Part shown: piece after piece, positions 35,946 to 46,900 of the stretch
Numbering within the stretch: position 1 is the stretch's first letter
How the letters are laid out: each line of letters begins with the position of its first letter
Assembly (NCBI RefSeq): GCF_018350175.1
Contig: NC_058383.1
Coordinates: 1,674,001-1,738,000 of the forward strand
Length of the DNA stretch: 64,000 nt
DNA from: Felis catus
Taxonomy: Eukaryota
Direction: 5' to 3'
The notes under the pieces: model-generated
The model's input: only the letters and a program-made list of their open reading frames with translations
Told to the model about the DNA's origin: nothing
The model's database searches: none
Position numbers and translations under genes: made by a program

Positions 35946-38052
35946 GCCAGAAAACAGCAGGCTGGGAGAGGCGGCCCAGGAACCGGGCGTCCCTGACCCA
36001 GACGGACAGTGGCCACGGGTGCCCCTGGCCAGAGCCATCGCCAACACCGTCACCGAAACCGCATGAGGGCTGCGGAGCCAGATTCAGGGTCACCTCGATC
36101 CCCGTGTCACCGTGAGCTCCGGCCCCGGCCCCACGTGGGGCCTCACTCTTCCTCCCACGCCAACCAGGGCCTACGGCAGGGACGAAAGTCCCTCCTGACC
36201 CGCTGGGGGCCCAGCCGGCCGGAGGAGGTGGACCCAGAGCCTGGGGAGGAGGCAGGGAGAGGAGAGGCTCGCACGCCTGAGTGAGCACCTGGACCCACAC
36301 CGGCCCGGCCACTGCCACGCCTCTTCTCCCTCCAAATGGGAAGGAGAAGACAGAAACACGCGGGAAACAACTCAGATGACACAACGGAGGCAGAGAGTAA
36401 ACCCACGTGAGTGACAGACGGGTCAACGATGAATGCTGGCCGCAGAGAACTCAGACACTCAGGGCACGGGACGCACCCACAGGGGCCCCCAAGGCGCAAA
36501 GACCAGCGGGGCCGACGTGCACTTTGAACAACACGTGTGTGACAGCAGCATGTGCTCCTGATGGGTGCAGCCGCCCTCCCTGGGGGCCCGGCTCCTGGGT
36601 GCTGGAGTGGCCTGGGAGGGCTCGAACCTGAGACTCTGCACGCCGGCCCCCGGGACACACACATGTCCAGGTGTTTTGCTGGCCTCGCCTCGGGAGCTCG
36701 GACCCCAGGGCCAGGCACCCGGCACCCGGCATCCACTGGCCCCTCAGATGCCCAAGTTTCTCTCCGGCTTTGCCCTCCCCAATCTTCCCATCCTACCCGT
36801 GACTCCCTCACCCGCCTCCCAGGCCACCCTGCCATCTCTGACTCCTGGACTCATGCTCTCCCTGCGTCTACCTCTGCATGGCCAGTGGAACCACTGCCCA
36901 CCACGCACCCCTGCAACTCTCCCTCACCCCCACCCGTCAGGGGCTCTGAGCAGCACAGCCAGCCTCAGGCGGCTGCTTCCTGAGTGTTCCATTGCCCTGC
37001 GGTATGGCCGAGAGCAGTGCTAAGACAGGACACTCAGCGGCCAGGGGGACAACTGCAGGACGGACGAAACAAGTCCAAGGACGTGGCATGTCCCCTTGTG
37101 GGCCACTCTTATTTTGCAGGTGAAGGCCAGGTGACCCGCTCAAAGTCAGGGACCGACAAGATATGACACCACACTAGGAACCCTGAGCTGGGCTGTGCGC
37201 CCCAGGGCCCACCCCAACTCCTCACCCCGCGGCCCCGATCCCAACTGGATGGTGTGCGTCCTGGGGTGGGGCAGTCCCAGCACACCTGTAAATGTGGACT
37301 GTGGCCCTCCTGTGACCCTGGTGGCTAGGTCCCCACAGAGGCCAGACCGTGGCCGCAGCAGCGCGACGGGCCTTGCGGCTTGTGTGGCACAAGGGCGCGG
37401 TCCGTCCCACAAGGTAAGGAAGCCATTTGGTACTGGGCACCCAGGCCAGGGTCGGCGGTGCCTGCCCCCTGCCCCTACCCAGCTCTGCACACAGCCCCGG
37501 GGGGCGGGGGTGCAGGGCAGACGGGGGGATGGTCCCAGGAGAACACGCAGAGAGGAAACCTGCCAAGTGGGTGGGGGGCTCCACAAGCTCAGCAGGGGAA
37601 CGGGGGCTGTGGAGCCGGGCGGCCGCCTCAGGGTGCACGCCCCGGGAGGCGGGGCCGCCGTGGGCCGGCCGCTGGGGGACAGCCTGAGGACGACGTGGCC
37701 GTGGGCGCCAAGCACGGATTGCCAGGCCGCGGGCCCTGCACCGCTCAGGAGGGTGTGCGGGTCTGCTCTATGTTGGATGGGTCACGACCTAGGGCACCAG
37801 GTGCGTGGTCGGCCCCGTGTCAGAGTGAACCAGGGGACGGCCCCACACCGGCCCGTCGCTGGGGACCCAGCACCCGGCTTCCAAGCCCCACCACACCCTT
37901 TCCATTCCCACTGGTGTTTCTGACGACAGGAAGGGCCGTGGCCATCAGGGACCCCCAGGCTTGCACCTGACGTGATCTCCTCACACCCAGGGTCTAAGGC
38001 ACCCCCACCCTGAGCTCCCTGTGGCCACAAAGACCACCACCGAGGGACTCAC

Positions 38053-38109
38053 CATGTCTGCTCTCTGCTTCTGGCCTCCCAGCTCCTCCAGGGCCTGGGA
38101 CAGCTGAGC
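38053..38109 (-). CDS. MAD1L1: MAD1L1 internal coding exon (human exon 14 equivalent), 57 nt, phase 0/0: AQLSQALEELGGQKQRADM
   Basis: Peptide lies within ORF 37981..38280 and directly continues the previous exon in MAD1. Acceptor gctttctgtcttgtcttgaAG, donor ATG|GTGAGT at 38052-38047. Confidence 0.97.
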
Positions 38110-41100
38110 CTTCAAGACAAGACAGAAAGCAGGGTCAGTGGGCCTCCCGCTGCCCATCTCCACCGCCCACGCTGCCTGCTGCGCACGGGGGCCCCGGGGG
38201 CGAGGAGGTGGCCCTACGTTCCCGCCGTTTGGAGGAGGTGACCGGGGGCGGCCAGCAGACACACGCAAGCGCACGCCCACACCTGCTGCCCAAAACAGCG
38301 ATGCAGTTACACACGTGGAGACGACCGGGGTGCGGTTTCCACGCCCCTGAAAGAGTGGGGCTGCAACCCACTCCTCCTGGAAAGTTCACGTTCTGGAAGA
38401 AGCAATCAGGGGGACTTTCCCAACAGGACCAACATCCAGGAAAATCCGGGACGCCCCCCAACCAGCAGGACCGTCCCGGGGGCCCAGCCCGTACTGCCCC
38501 AGGGCAGAGAGGCAAAGGAGGTTCCCGACCGTGGGAGCCGACGGAGGTGCCTGGCCAGGTCCCAGGGACCCAGGCGGGAACTCAGGGGTGGCCACACGGG
38601 CCTGGGCAGTCTAGCCGGCACGCTATGTCTCCACAGACGCCACCGTGGAACAGGGAGCAGACCAAACTCCAGAGCGGCCCCCCGGCGCCCAGAGCCGGGC
38701 CAGGCACACCCGGGCGCCGCTGGCTCACATGTGCGCCGAGTCTCGACGCCCACGAGCGTGGTCTGCGTGGCTCGCCCGTGGTCCTGCACCGACGCCTCCT
38801 GAGCAGCAAGAGGCCAGGAAACGCTCACGCGGGGAGAGAAAGAGGCCTCCGTCCTGCCCGGAAACAGTGAGCGCAGGTGTACTAAGGGAGTCGAGGGGCC
38901 GCTACTTGGTCACCGCCAGCGAGAGGCTGAAACCACCTCCCTGAAGAAGCACCGGGCTTGCTGGGGACCCGGCGGTGGCCACAGGGTCTCTGCCACACCG
39001 CAGACCCTGTCCTTCCTGGAGCGGCAGGGGACGGACACACAGCTGTCACCCCTGCCGTGACTCTCAGGACACGCTGGAGGGTCCCAGGACGCAGCTCCCG
39101 AGGCGCGCAGGGAGAGGCCGGCGGCACCGGGTGGTCAGGCCGCGGGAGAGGCGCGTCTCTCGTGACGACGTCCGCGTGCGCCAACCCTTCCGAGGAGGCC
39201 AGGGCTCCCGCTAAAAGCTCGTGGGTACTTTGTGAGCCCGCGCGAGCCCAGAGCGACATTCTCAGGAGAACCGAGAACGGGGCAAGTGCGGGCGGCACAG
39301 AATCGTTGCCACGGCACGGCAGCCCCAAAACTCCAGCTACGAAACCCAGCTGAAAACCCAAAACCGCACACCAGCATCAGGACCGAGCGCTGGGCTTGAG
39401 GCCCCGTCCCGTGGCGGGGAGGGTTAAAAACCAGGGAACCGCTCGGGAAGGTGATTTGGCTTTCCCCTCTCGCTCGGCGACCCAGCCCACGATGCGCTCC
39501 CAGGAAACCGAACCGTGCGCCCAGCTGATGGGCGCAAAACCGCCCCTGCCAGCACCGCAGACCTGAGATCTGAAACCGCCGGGTGCCCCCCGTCCCCCCC
39601 ACCCCCCGGCAGGGGTGACCCAGCACACTGTGGCGCGGCCGTGCACACAGAGGTGCGGTCGGCGGCCCCCGTGCGAGGTCAGCCGGGAGAGGCGGAAAGC
39701 ACAGGGCCGCGTCTGCCCGTGGCCACGCCAGGAGCTGGCCACACGCCTGCACGCACGCTCGGCGAGCCAGCCACAGAAACGCAGTGGTGGCCACCGGGAC
39801 GTCCAGGCCGCAGAGAGGGCCCCCTGGCCAGGTGGTGAGGCCAGAACTCCGCCGACGTGTGCGGGACACTTCACTACGGCCTCTGCGAGGACACAGGTGA
39901 GCCAAGGCCCGGACACCAGGATGAACCGGCAGAGGCCGATCCACGATGCTCCGCGCTCCGCTCAAACTCCCAGCCGCCGTGTGAAGCGGACCCAGGCGGC
40001 GTGCTTCTCGGGCGTTCGCGTGACCCGGGCTATGAAACAGGGCTGCTATACGATAGAGAGCACGAGGGCTGCAGAGACCCCCAGAAACCAGAGTAACTGG
40101 CAGAAACCTGTCCGGAGGAGCGTCCAGGCGGCGTCGGGAAACGAGCACTCGCCTCACGTCCCTGAGGCAGACGAGCCTCGAAGCAGTTTCAGGAAAACTC
40201 GGGCCGGGGAGGGAGGCCGGGAAGCCGACGCCGGAGGGACTGGCCACGCTTCACGTGTCCCACAGACGCAACAGGACGGCGGGGGGCACCACCCCAAGCC
40301 GCCGAGCCAGGGAGAAGGGAGGCGTCCAGAGACACAGGGGCCGTCCCGCGCAGAGGGCGGGGGTGCAGAGGAGCGGCCCCGGCAGCCCACCGCCCCTGAG
40401 TGACGGGCTCCGATGACCCAGCGTGGGCCCCCGGTGAGACGCCTGGTGGACGGCGGCCGCTCTGCGAGCTCTCCCAGCAGGAAACGCGGGCCTTCCTAGC
40501 GCGCCGGCCACGAACAAAACATCTGATGCCACAGAGGCCTCCTCCGGTGCTTGGCACCTCTTCCGCAGACCTCCCCCACCCCAACAGCACACGTACGTGA
40601 ACATGCCCCCCCCCGCCCTCCCCAGAGCGCGCTAAGGCGAAGCGGTGCGGTCAGCGACCAGGCCTAAGTCACGGTGGCCCACGCGGACAAGGCGCCCGTG
40701 TGGCATGCCAGCCGTGTCCACCCACCCTGCGGGAGGCCCGGCCCGGACACCACGATCCCCTGCACCTGCCGAGGTCCCACCAGCTCCAACACGCCGGCCT
40801 TTCCGGAGGACTGAGAAAGGGACACGACACAGGCCGCTGGTCAAAGCCCATCCACTGGGCTTCAGCCGGTCACTCGTTCTGTGGTACTGTCCCTACAGGC
40901 GTCACCGCACCCGTGCAGGCACGTCCGGGGCAGCTGGGGAACACGGCTGGGAGCAGCACCGGCTGAGGCGGCGGGTGGACACGATTCCGCCCGTGGGGTC
41001 CCGTCTTCACACACGGCAGCTGTTTGCTGGGCCGGCCTGTCCGGCAGCACCGGCCTGGCCCTGCGGTGACTCGCTCCGGCCGCATCCCTGACACTTGTGC

Positions 41101-42989
41101 TAGAGCCGGGCTGTCCCCTGAGCAGCAGAGCACCACCAGGCCACCCACACGCCCCCTGGGCTGTTCCACTCACAACACCCGAGGAGCTGAGGCCGCACAG
41201 AGGGCCAGGCTCACGGCCCAGGAGAGGGGGACGTGCGCCTGGTGCGCCCGAAGCCCCTGGACAGGTGCATGAGGGCTGGGGGCCGGGGAGCAGTGGTCAC
41301 TGCCCGTGTTCTGGAGGGAGTCCAAGCGGGACACACACACACTGCAGTTTCTGGCCAGGCTCCCAGGAGGGGCGGCTTCCTCCCTGCAGCTGGCGTTCAC
41401 ACTCTGGGGACCTGGGCGGGGGAGGGGGGGTGGGGGAGGGGTGCTGCAGGAGTACGCGTGTGTCCTCCACCCAGGCAGGACCGCGTGCCCTGCACGGGAC
41501 TCAGGTGTCACTCCCGTGACCCTGCCGGCCCCTGGCCCGCCCGTGACCAGTGACCTCACACTGGTGCTCGTCCTGCACGCCGGGGGGTCCTGAGGTGATG
41601 GCAAGAGGGGGGCTCTGCAGGCACGGAGCTGGCAGGGGGCTCAGAAGGGAGGCGGGGGCCAGGGAGCAGCAGGCTGGTCCACAGGGCCGGTCGCAGTGAC
41701 AAGGCTGGAGGCACCACCTGCGGGGAACAGACGCCCGCAGCAGCCGCGGGAGGCCCCGGACCCTGGAGCTGCAGCCCAGCCGACCGGGGGTCTGCAAATC
41801 AGAGGGGCTGGCGGGAGTGCCCGCGCGTGGAGGCAGCACGCCCGGGAGCACGCGTGAGGGGGACGGGGTGTGCGGAGAGGCCGGGATGGCCACAGAGCCG
41901 CGTCGGCCCAGCAGCTCACACGGCACTTCCCGGTTCGGGGACACGTCCTCCGGCCGGGCCCCCGGGTGGCCGCTGCACTCAGACTCGTGCCCCAGGCCCA
42001 CGCGCCACTTGTGACAGGCAGAGGCTGCACCAAGACCTCGCGAGGCTATTTTTACCCAGAGGTGAGAAGCTGCTATGTATGAAGAGCCGGCACCCTGCCA
42101 GCGCGGGAGCCCGGGCACGGCCGAGGGGCAGTCCCCGCAGGCCGCGACAGGCTGCCGCAGCTGGCCGACCAAGCCGGGAGGACACGAGGACACCTGGCCA
42201 GGAGGAGGGGAAGTCAGAGCCCACGGAGGGGGCACCCCCAAAGTCGCAGGGCACGTGCAGGGAAGGAGCCGGAGGCCTCGGGCCGCCGGCCCCTCTGCTC
42301 CACCGCACTTGCGGGTCTGCGGGCCCCGCTGGGTGCAGGACCCAGACCCACTAGTGCTTTCTGCCCAGCAGAGACCACGAGGGGCGAGCAGAGCCACCCG
42401 CACCCCCAGCGTGGACGGCAGCCACAAAACAGACCCGCGGGCACCTTAAGCGGGCAGCCTGCTCACAGGGCCAGGTGACGGCCCGAAGCCAGCAGGCCGC
42501 GGCTGCCGCAGCCTGTCAGGTAGAGGCGTCCACGCCACCGAGGCCAGTCCCGTGACCCAGGCGGCCAGCGCCTCTCCCAGCCCCAGAGCACGCCCAGCCC
42601 TGTGAGGCGCTCCGTGGCGAAGCCCGGGACCCCGTGCAGGGCTCGGTCCCACCCATGTGGCAGCCCCGGGGCTCATGCTGGGGCAGGGCTCTCAGCGTGG
42701 CCAGGGACCGGAGCTGCCCCGTCGCCCGGGAGCTCGCCACAGGTACAGCGTTTCAGCTCAGCCCCCCCACACCTCTGAGGAAGGGGCCCACAGCCATCCA
42801 AATGTGCATCGAGTTTGAGAACCAATGCCACAGGTTTAATCTGGAGCGAGACAACCAGAGGCCAGTCCCAAAGGTGCTGCATCCCCACAATGAGCCAGGA
42901 GAAGCACTGGGCTGGGACGCCAGCAAGGTGGCCGGACAGGGGTCTCCAGCTGTCACCCCACAGAGGGTGGACTGAGATAACTCTCCATT

Positions 42990-45950
42990 GGTGAGGACGG
43001 AAAAGATGACCAAAACTAAGCTGGTGTCTTGAAAAAATAACCAAAACGGACATTTAGTGAAACTCAGTTAAAAATAAGTCTGACAGACTTAAACCAGAAA
43101 CAAGGGAGGACGCATTACAAGAGACCACTCGAAGGTGCCAAGACTCGTTAAGAGACTACTAGATACAATTACCAACAAAGCAAACGATCGGAAAGAAACA
43201 AATGAACTGCTAGAAACGCACAAGCTCTGGAGGATAAGCCACAAAGAAACAGAAAATACAAACAGAACAATAACAAGAAGGCTGAATCGGTAATAAAAAA
43301 AAATCTCCCAACAAAGAAAGGCCTGAGACCAGTTCAAGAATTATTACCAATCCTTCTCAAACTCCTCCAAAACTATGGAAGGGAAAAGAACGCTTCCAAA
43401 CTCATCTTACGAGGCCAAGATTACCCCGAGGCAAAGCCAGACAAGGATGCTACAAGAAAACCACAGGCCGGTATCCTGATGAACACAGATGCAGAAATCC
43501 TCAACAAAGTACTAGAAAACCACACTCCACAGCACGTTAAAAGGATGACATACCGTGACCAAGTGGGATTTATCCCTGGGATGCAAAGACGGCTCAACCT
43601 CCACGGATCAAGCGACGGCACGCACCATATTAACAGAACGTAGCATAAAAATCATACGATCGTTTTATCAGATGCAAAGAAAACACCTGACAAAAATCAA
43701 CACGCTTTCGTGATAACAATTAGGTACCACCCGCCGTCTCCATGCTTACTCAACACAGTACTCGAAGTCCTGGCCACAGCAATCAGACAAGAAAAAGAAA
43801 CAGACGTCCCAGTCAACAAGGAACAAGTGAAACTGTCCCTGCAGGTGACATGACCGTACATGCGGGAAATGAGACGCCACCAGAAAACCGTTAGAGGTAA
43901 CCAATGAATTCAGTAGAGTCACGGGATTCGTAACTCACGTCGCCAAAGTCAGATGCGTTTCTATAGGCTGACTGCGAACAATCTGAAAAAGGAAACAATT
44001 CTATTGCATCAGCATCAAAAAAGCAATAAAATACCCAGAAATAAATCTAAGGGAGGAGGTGAAAGACCTATAGACTGAAAACTGTAAAACACTGACCGAA
44101 GAAACCGAACAAAACACAAACAAATAAAAAGTCATTCCACGCTCACGGACTGGAAGACCTAATACTGTTAAAACGTCCATATTACCTGGGGCACCTGGGT
44201 GGCTCAGCCGGTTAAGCAGTCAACCCCTGGTTTCGGCTCAGGTCGTGATCTCCCAGTTTGTGAATTCGAGGCCCACGTCAGGCTCTGCACTGACAGCACG
44301 GAGCCTGCCTGGGAGGCTCTCTCTCCCTCTCTCTCTGCCCCTCCCTCGCTCATGCTCTCTCTCCCTCTCTCTCGCTCAAAATAAATTAATACATACATTT
44401 TTTTAAATGTCCACTACCCAAAGGAAACTCCGGATTCAATGCAATCCCTATGGCATTTGTCACAAAAACAGAAAAAGTAATCCTAAAATATGTACCGAAC
44501 CTCAGAAGACCCTGAATAGCTAAAGAAATCTTAAATAAGGACAGCGAGGCTGGAGGCATCACACTTCCTGATTTCAAGCTGCCACGAAGCCGCAGTAATC
44601 AAGACGGTGTAACGCCTGCACAAGAACAGACATGCAGACCGACGGGGCAGAACAGGGAGCCCAGAAGTAAAGCTGTCAAGGATTCACGACGGGGCAAGGA
44701 CAGGCTCTTCAGGGAACAGCCTTGAGGAAACTGGATGTCCACACGCAAAGGAACAGTAGTGGACCCCTAGTCTTACACCACACGCACAAAATCAACTCAA
44801 AACACGGACCTGGAACCATAAAAGTCCAAGAAGAAAACAGGAAAGGTTCATTCATCTTTTTGATGGTTTTTTTTTTTTTTTTTTTTTTTTGATTTGACAT
44901 CAAAAGCACAGGCAACAAAGGCAAAAATAAACCGGTGGCTCTGAATCCAACTAAAAATCTTCTGCCCGCACAGGAAACCACTGACAAAACGGAAGGTGGT
45001 GGGAGACAGTATTTTCGAACCGTACGTGGATAAGGGGTTGACAACCACGTATGTGAGTAACTCGTGCGACCCGATATCAAATCACCCAACACCCAAACAA
45101 ACAGTGGGCAAAGGATGCACAGTTTTCCCCGAGAACACGGACGCCCAGCCAATCCGCGACAGGGCGCCGCAAACACGGCCGGCCGGCAGGTCCACGACAA
45201 GGTGCTCAGCACACGCAGCATCAGGCACACGCACGTCGGGACCGGTCAGGTGCCCCTCACGCTGGCGAGGGCGGGTGTGCTAAACAAGACAGACGGCGAG
45301 CGTCGGTGAGGGACGCGTCGTGCGCCGCTGGGGGGACCGCAAACGGGCGCAGCCACCAGGGGAAACCGTGGGAGGCTCCTCAAAAACTTAAAACTACAAG
45401 TATGACCCGTACGATCCAGTGTTCCCGTTCTGGGAACGTGTCAAAAGGAAACGAAAGCTCCCTCTCAAAGAAGGCCCAGACGCCCAGGTTCACCGCGGCC
45501 CGACTCAGGGCGGCCTAGACACGCAAACAGCCGAGGCGAGGCGCCCGCCAGTGGACGGCGGACAAACACGCTACCCATACACGATGGAGCGTTATTTAGC
45601 TTCAAAAAAGGATGAGACGCCGTCATCTGTGACAAGACGAAGGAACCCGGAGGACACTGCGTGAAGCGAAAAGTAAGGAAGACACGTGAAAACGCTGCCA
45701 ACCCTCACGGACACGCAGACCCTGAGGACGCCCAGCTCGCAGAAAGGGAGAGCGGCAACGCGGTCGGCCGGGGCCAGGTGGGAGAAACGGGGTGCGGGTG
45801 AGAGCGTACTCGCTTCCAGGCGTGAGGGCAATGAGACGTGGGGGCCTCACACGCAGCAAGGGGACAGGAGCACGCTAATGATTCGGCGTCACGAGCTTGG
45901 ATCCGCCAAGACAGCAGATCACACTCCGCTCCCGCTACAAAAATGACCGG
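42990..45950 (+). mobile_element. L1 (L1MA/MB-like) ORF2 3' half plus 3' UTR; 3' part strongly GC/CpG-shifted; hosts a SINE and a T25 run (44866-44890)
   Basis: gatgcagaaatcctcaacaaagtactagaaaac, caagtgggatttatccctgggatgcaa, gaggctggaggcatcacacttcctgatttcaagct, gacatcaaaagcacaggcaacaaaggcaaaaataa, gaacccggaggacactgcgtgaagcgaaaag. Confidence 0.88.
44188..44404 (+). mobile_element. CAN-SINE inserted in L1
   Basis: ggggcacctgggtggctcagccggttaagc...(CT)n...aaaataaa. Degenerate TSD aaacgtccatattacc / aaatgtccactacc. Confidence 0.93.
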
Positions 45951-46689
45951 CGGCGGAGGCCGGGCGACACAGGGGCGACGACGAGCCACAGCGGTGGGGT
46001 CAGTGTGGCACCACCCCGCACCCCTTGGGTGTCTGTCGTTTCGTATGGGCCAATCACGCATCAGCGCAGCTGGCGGCAGCCGGCTCCGCAAGCCTAGCGC
46101 CCGCCCTTCTCAGAGCGCAGGAGGGGGCAGCGGCCCGACCCGCGGGGCGGCCCGTAGTGACACGCGCAGGCCGGGGCTCCGTGAGGCGTCCTGCACGGGC
46201 CTCCCGCCTCTGTCCCGAGCACAGGAGCCAGTGCCTCCCCACGACGTCTGCCTCCCCTGGGTCTCCCACCTGCACGCCGGGGAGCATTCCCCACGGAGGG
46301 TTCCCCGGACCTGGCTCTTCTCACTCACCCCTGCTTTTTCCCCTTGTCTGTAATACAGTTTAACGCTGCCTCGAGATTTTCCACTGTGCTGTGGGCGCTT
46401 TTTTCCAGGACAGTCACCCCGAGGTCTTTGTGCAAGGAGAACGAGCAGACGCGTTTGTAAGCAACGCGGATCTGTGAGCTCCCCGGGGTTCCTCCGGAGG
46501 CCAAACCACCCCTCCCGCAGCCAGGGCAGGAGGGCGCAAGCACTGCGGTCGGACCCTCGCAGAGGCAGCGCGGGGCGGGCGGCCGGTAGCATCGGGGCGG
46601 CCATCCTCCCCGTGCTGGAAGAGGGAAGCGCTTTCGGACCCACCGCCACGTGAAATCGGGATTTTTCCGCACACCTTCCTGAAGCCAAC

Positions 46690-46900
46690 AGCACCGTTAT
46701 CTGTTTTAATTAAATAAATTGGAAAAACAAATCGGGCTGATATGTTGGATCAGAGCAGCGCGAGCTGCATATTTATAGCTCGGTCGACGGAGGAAGGTTC
46801 GTGACGCGCGCTATCAACCTCTGCAGCCGGTTTATTAAATGGAATAAATAAACTCCACGCAAAGTGGCGCCAACTTCACTAGAGACGGGCCGCTGGGATT
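46690..46900. promoter_or_regulatory. Candidate conserved non-coding element
   Basis: AT-rich unique island within CpG-rich DNA, with TTAATTAA, TTATCT and a MEF2-like atatttatag. Confidence 0.45.

Noticed and set aside
39135..40403. Overlapping 370-aa (-) and 262-aa (+) ORFs
   Set aside because: Stop-codon depletion from high GC; no family resemblance; region looks like a GC-converted L1 fossil.
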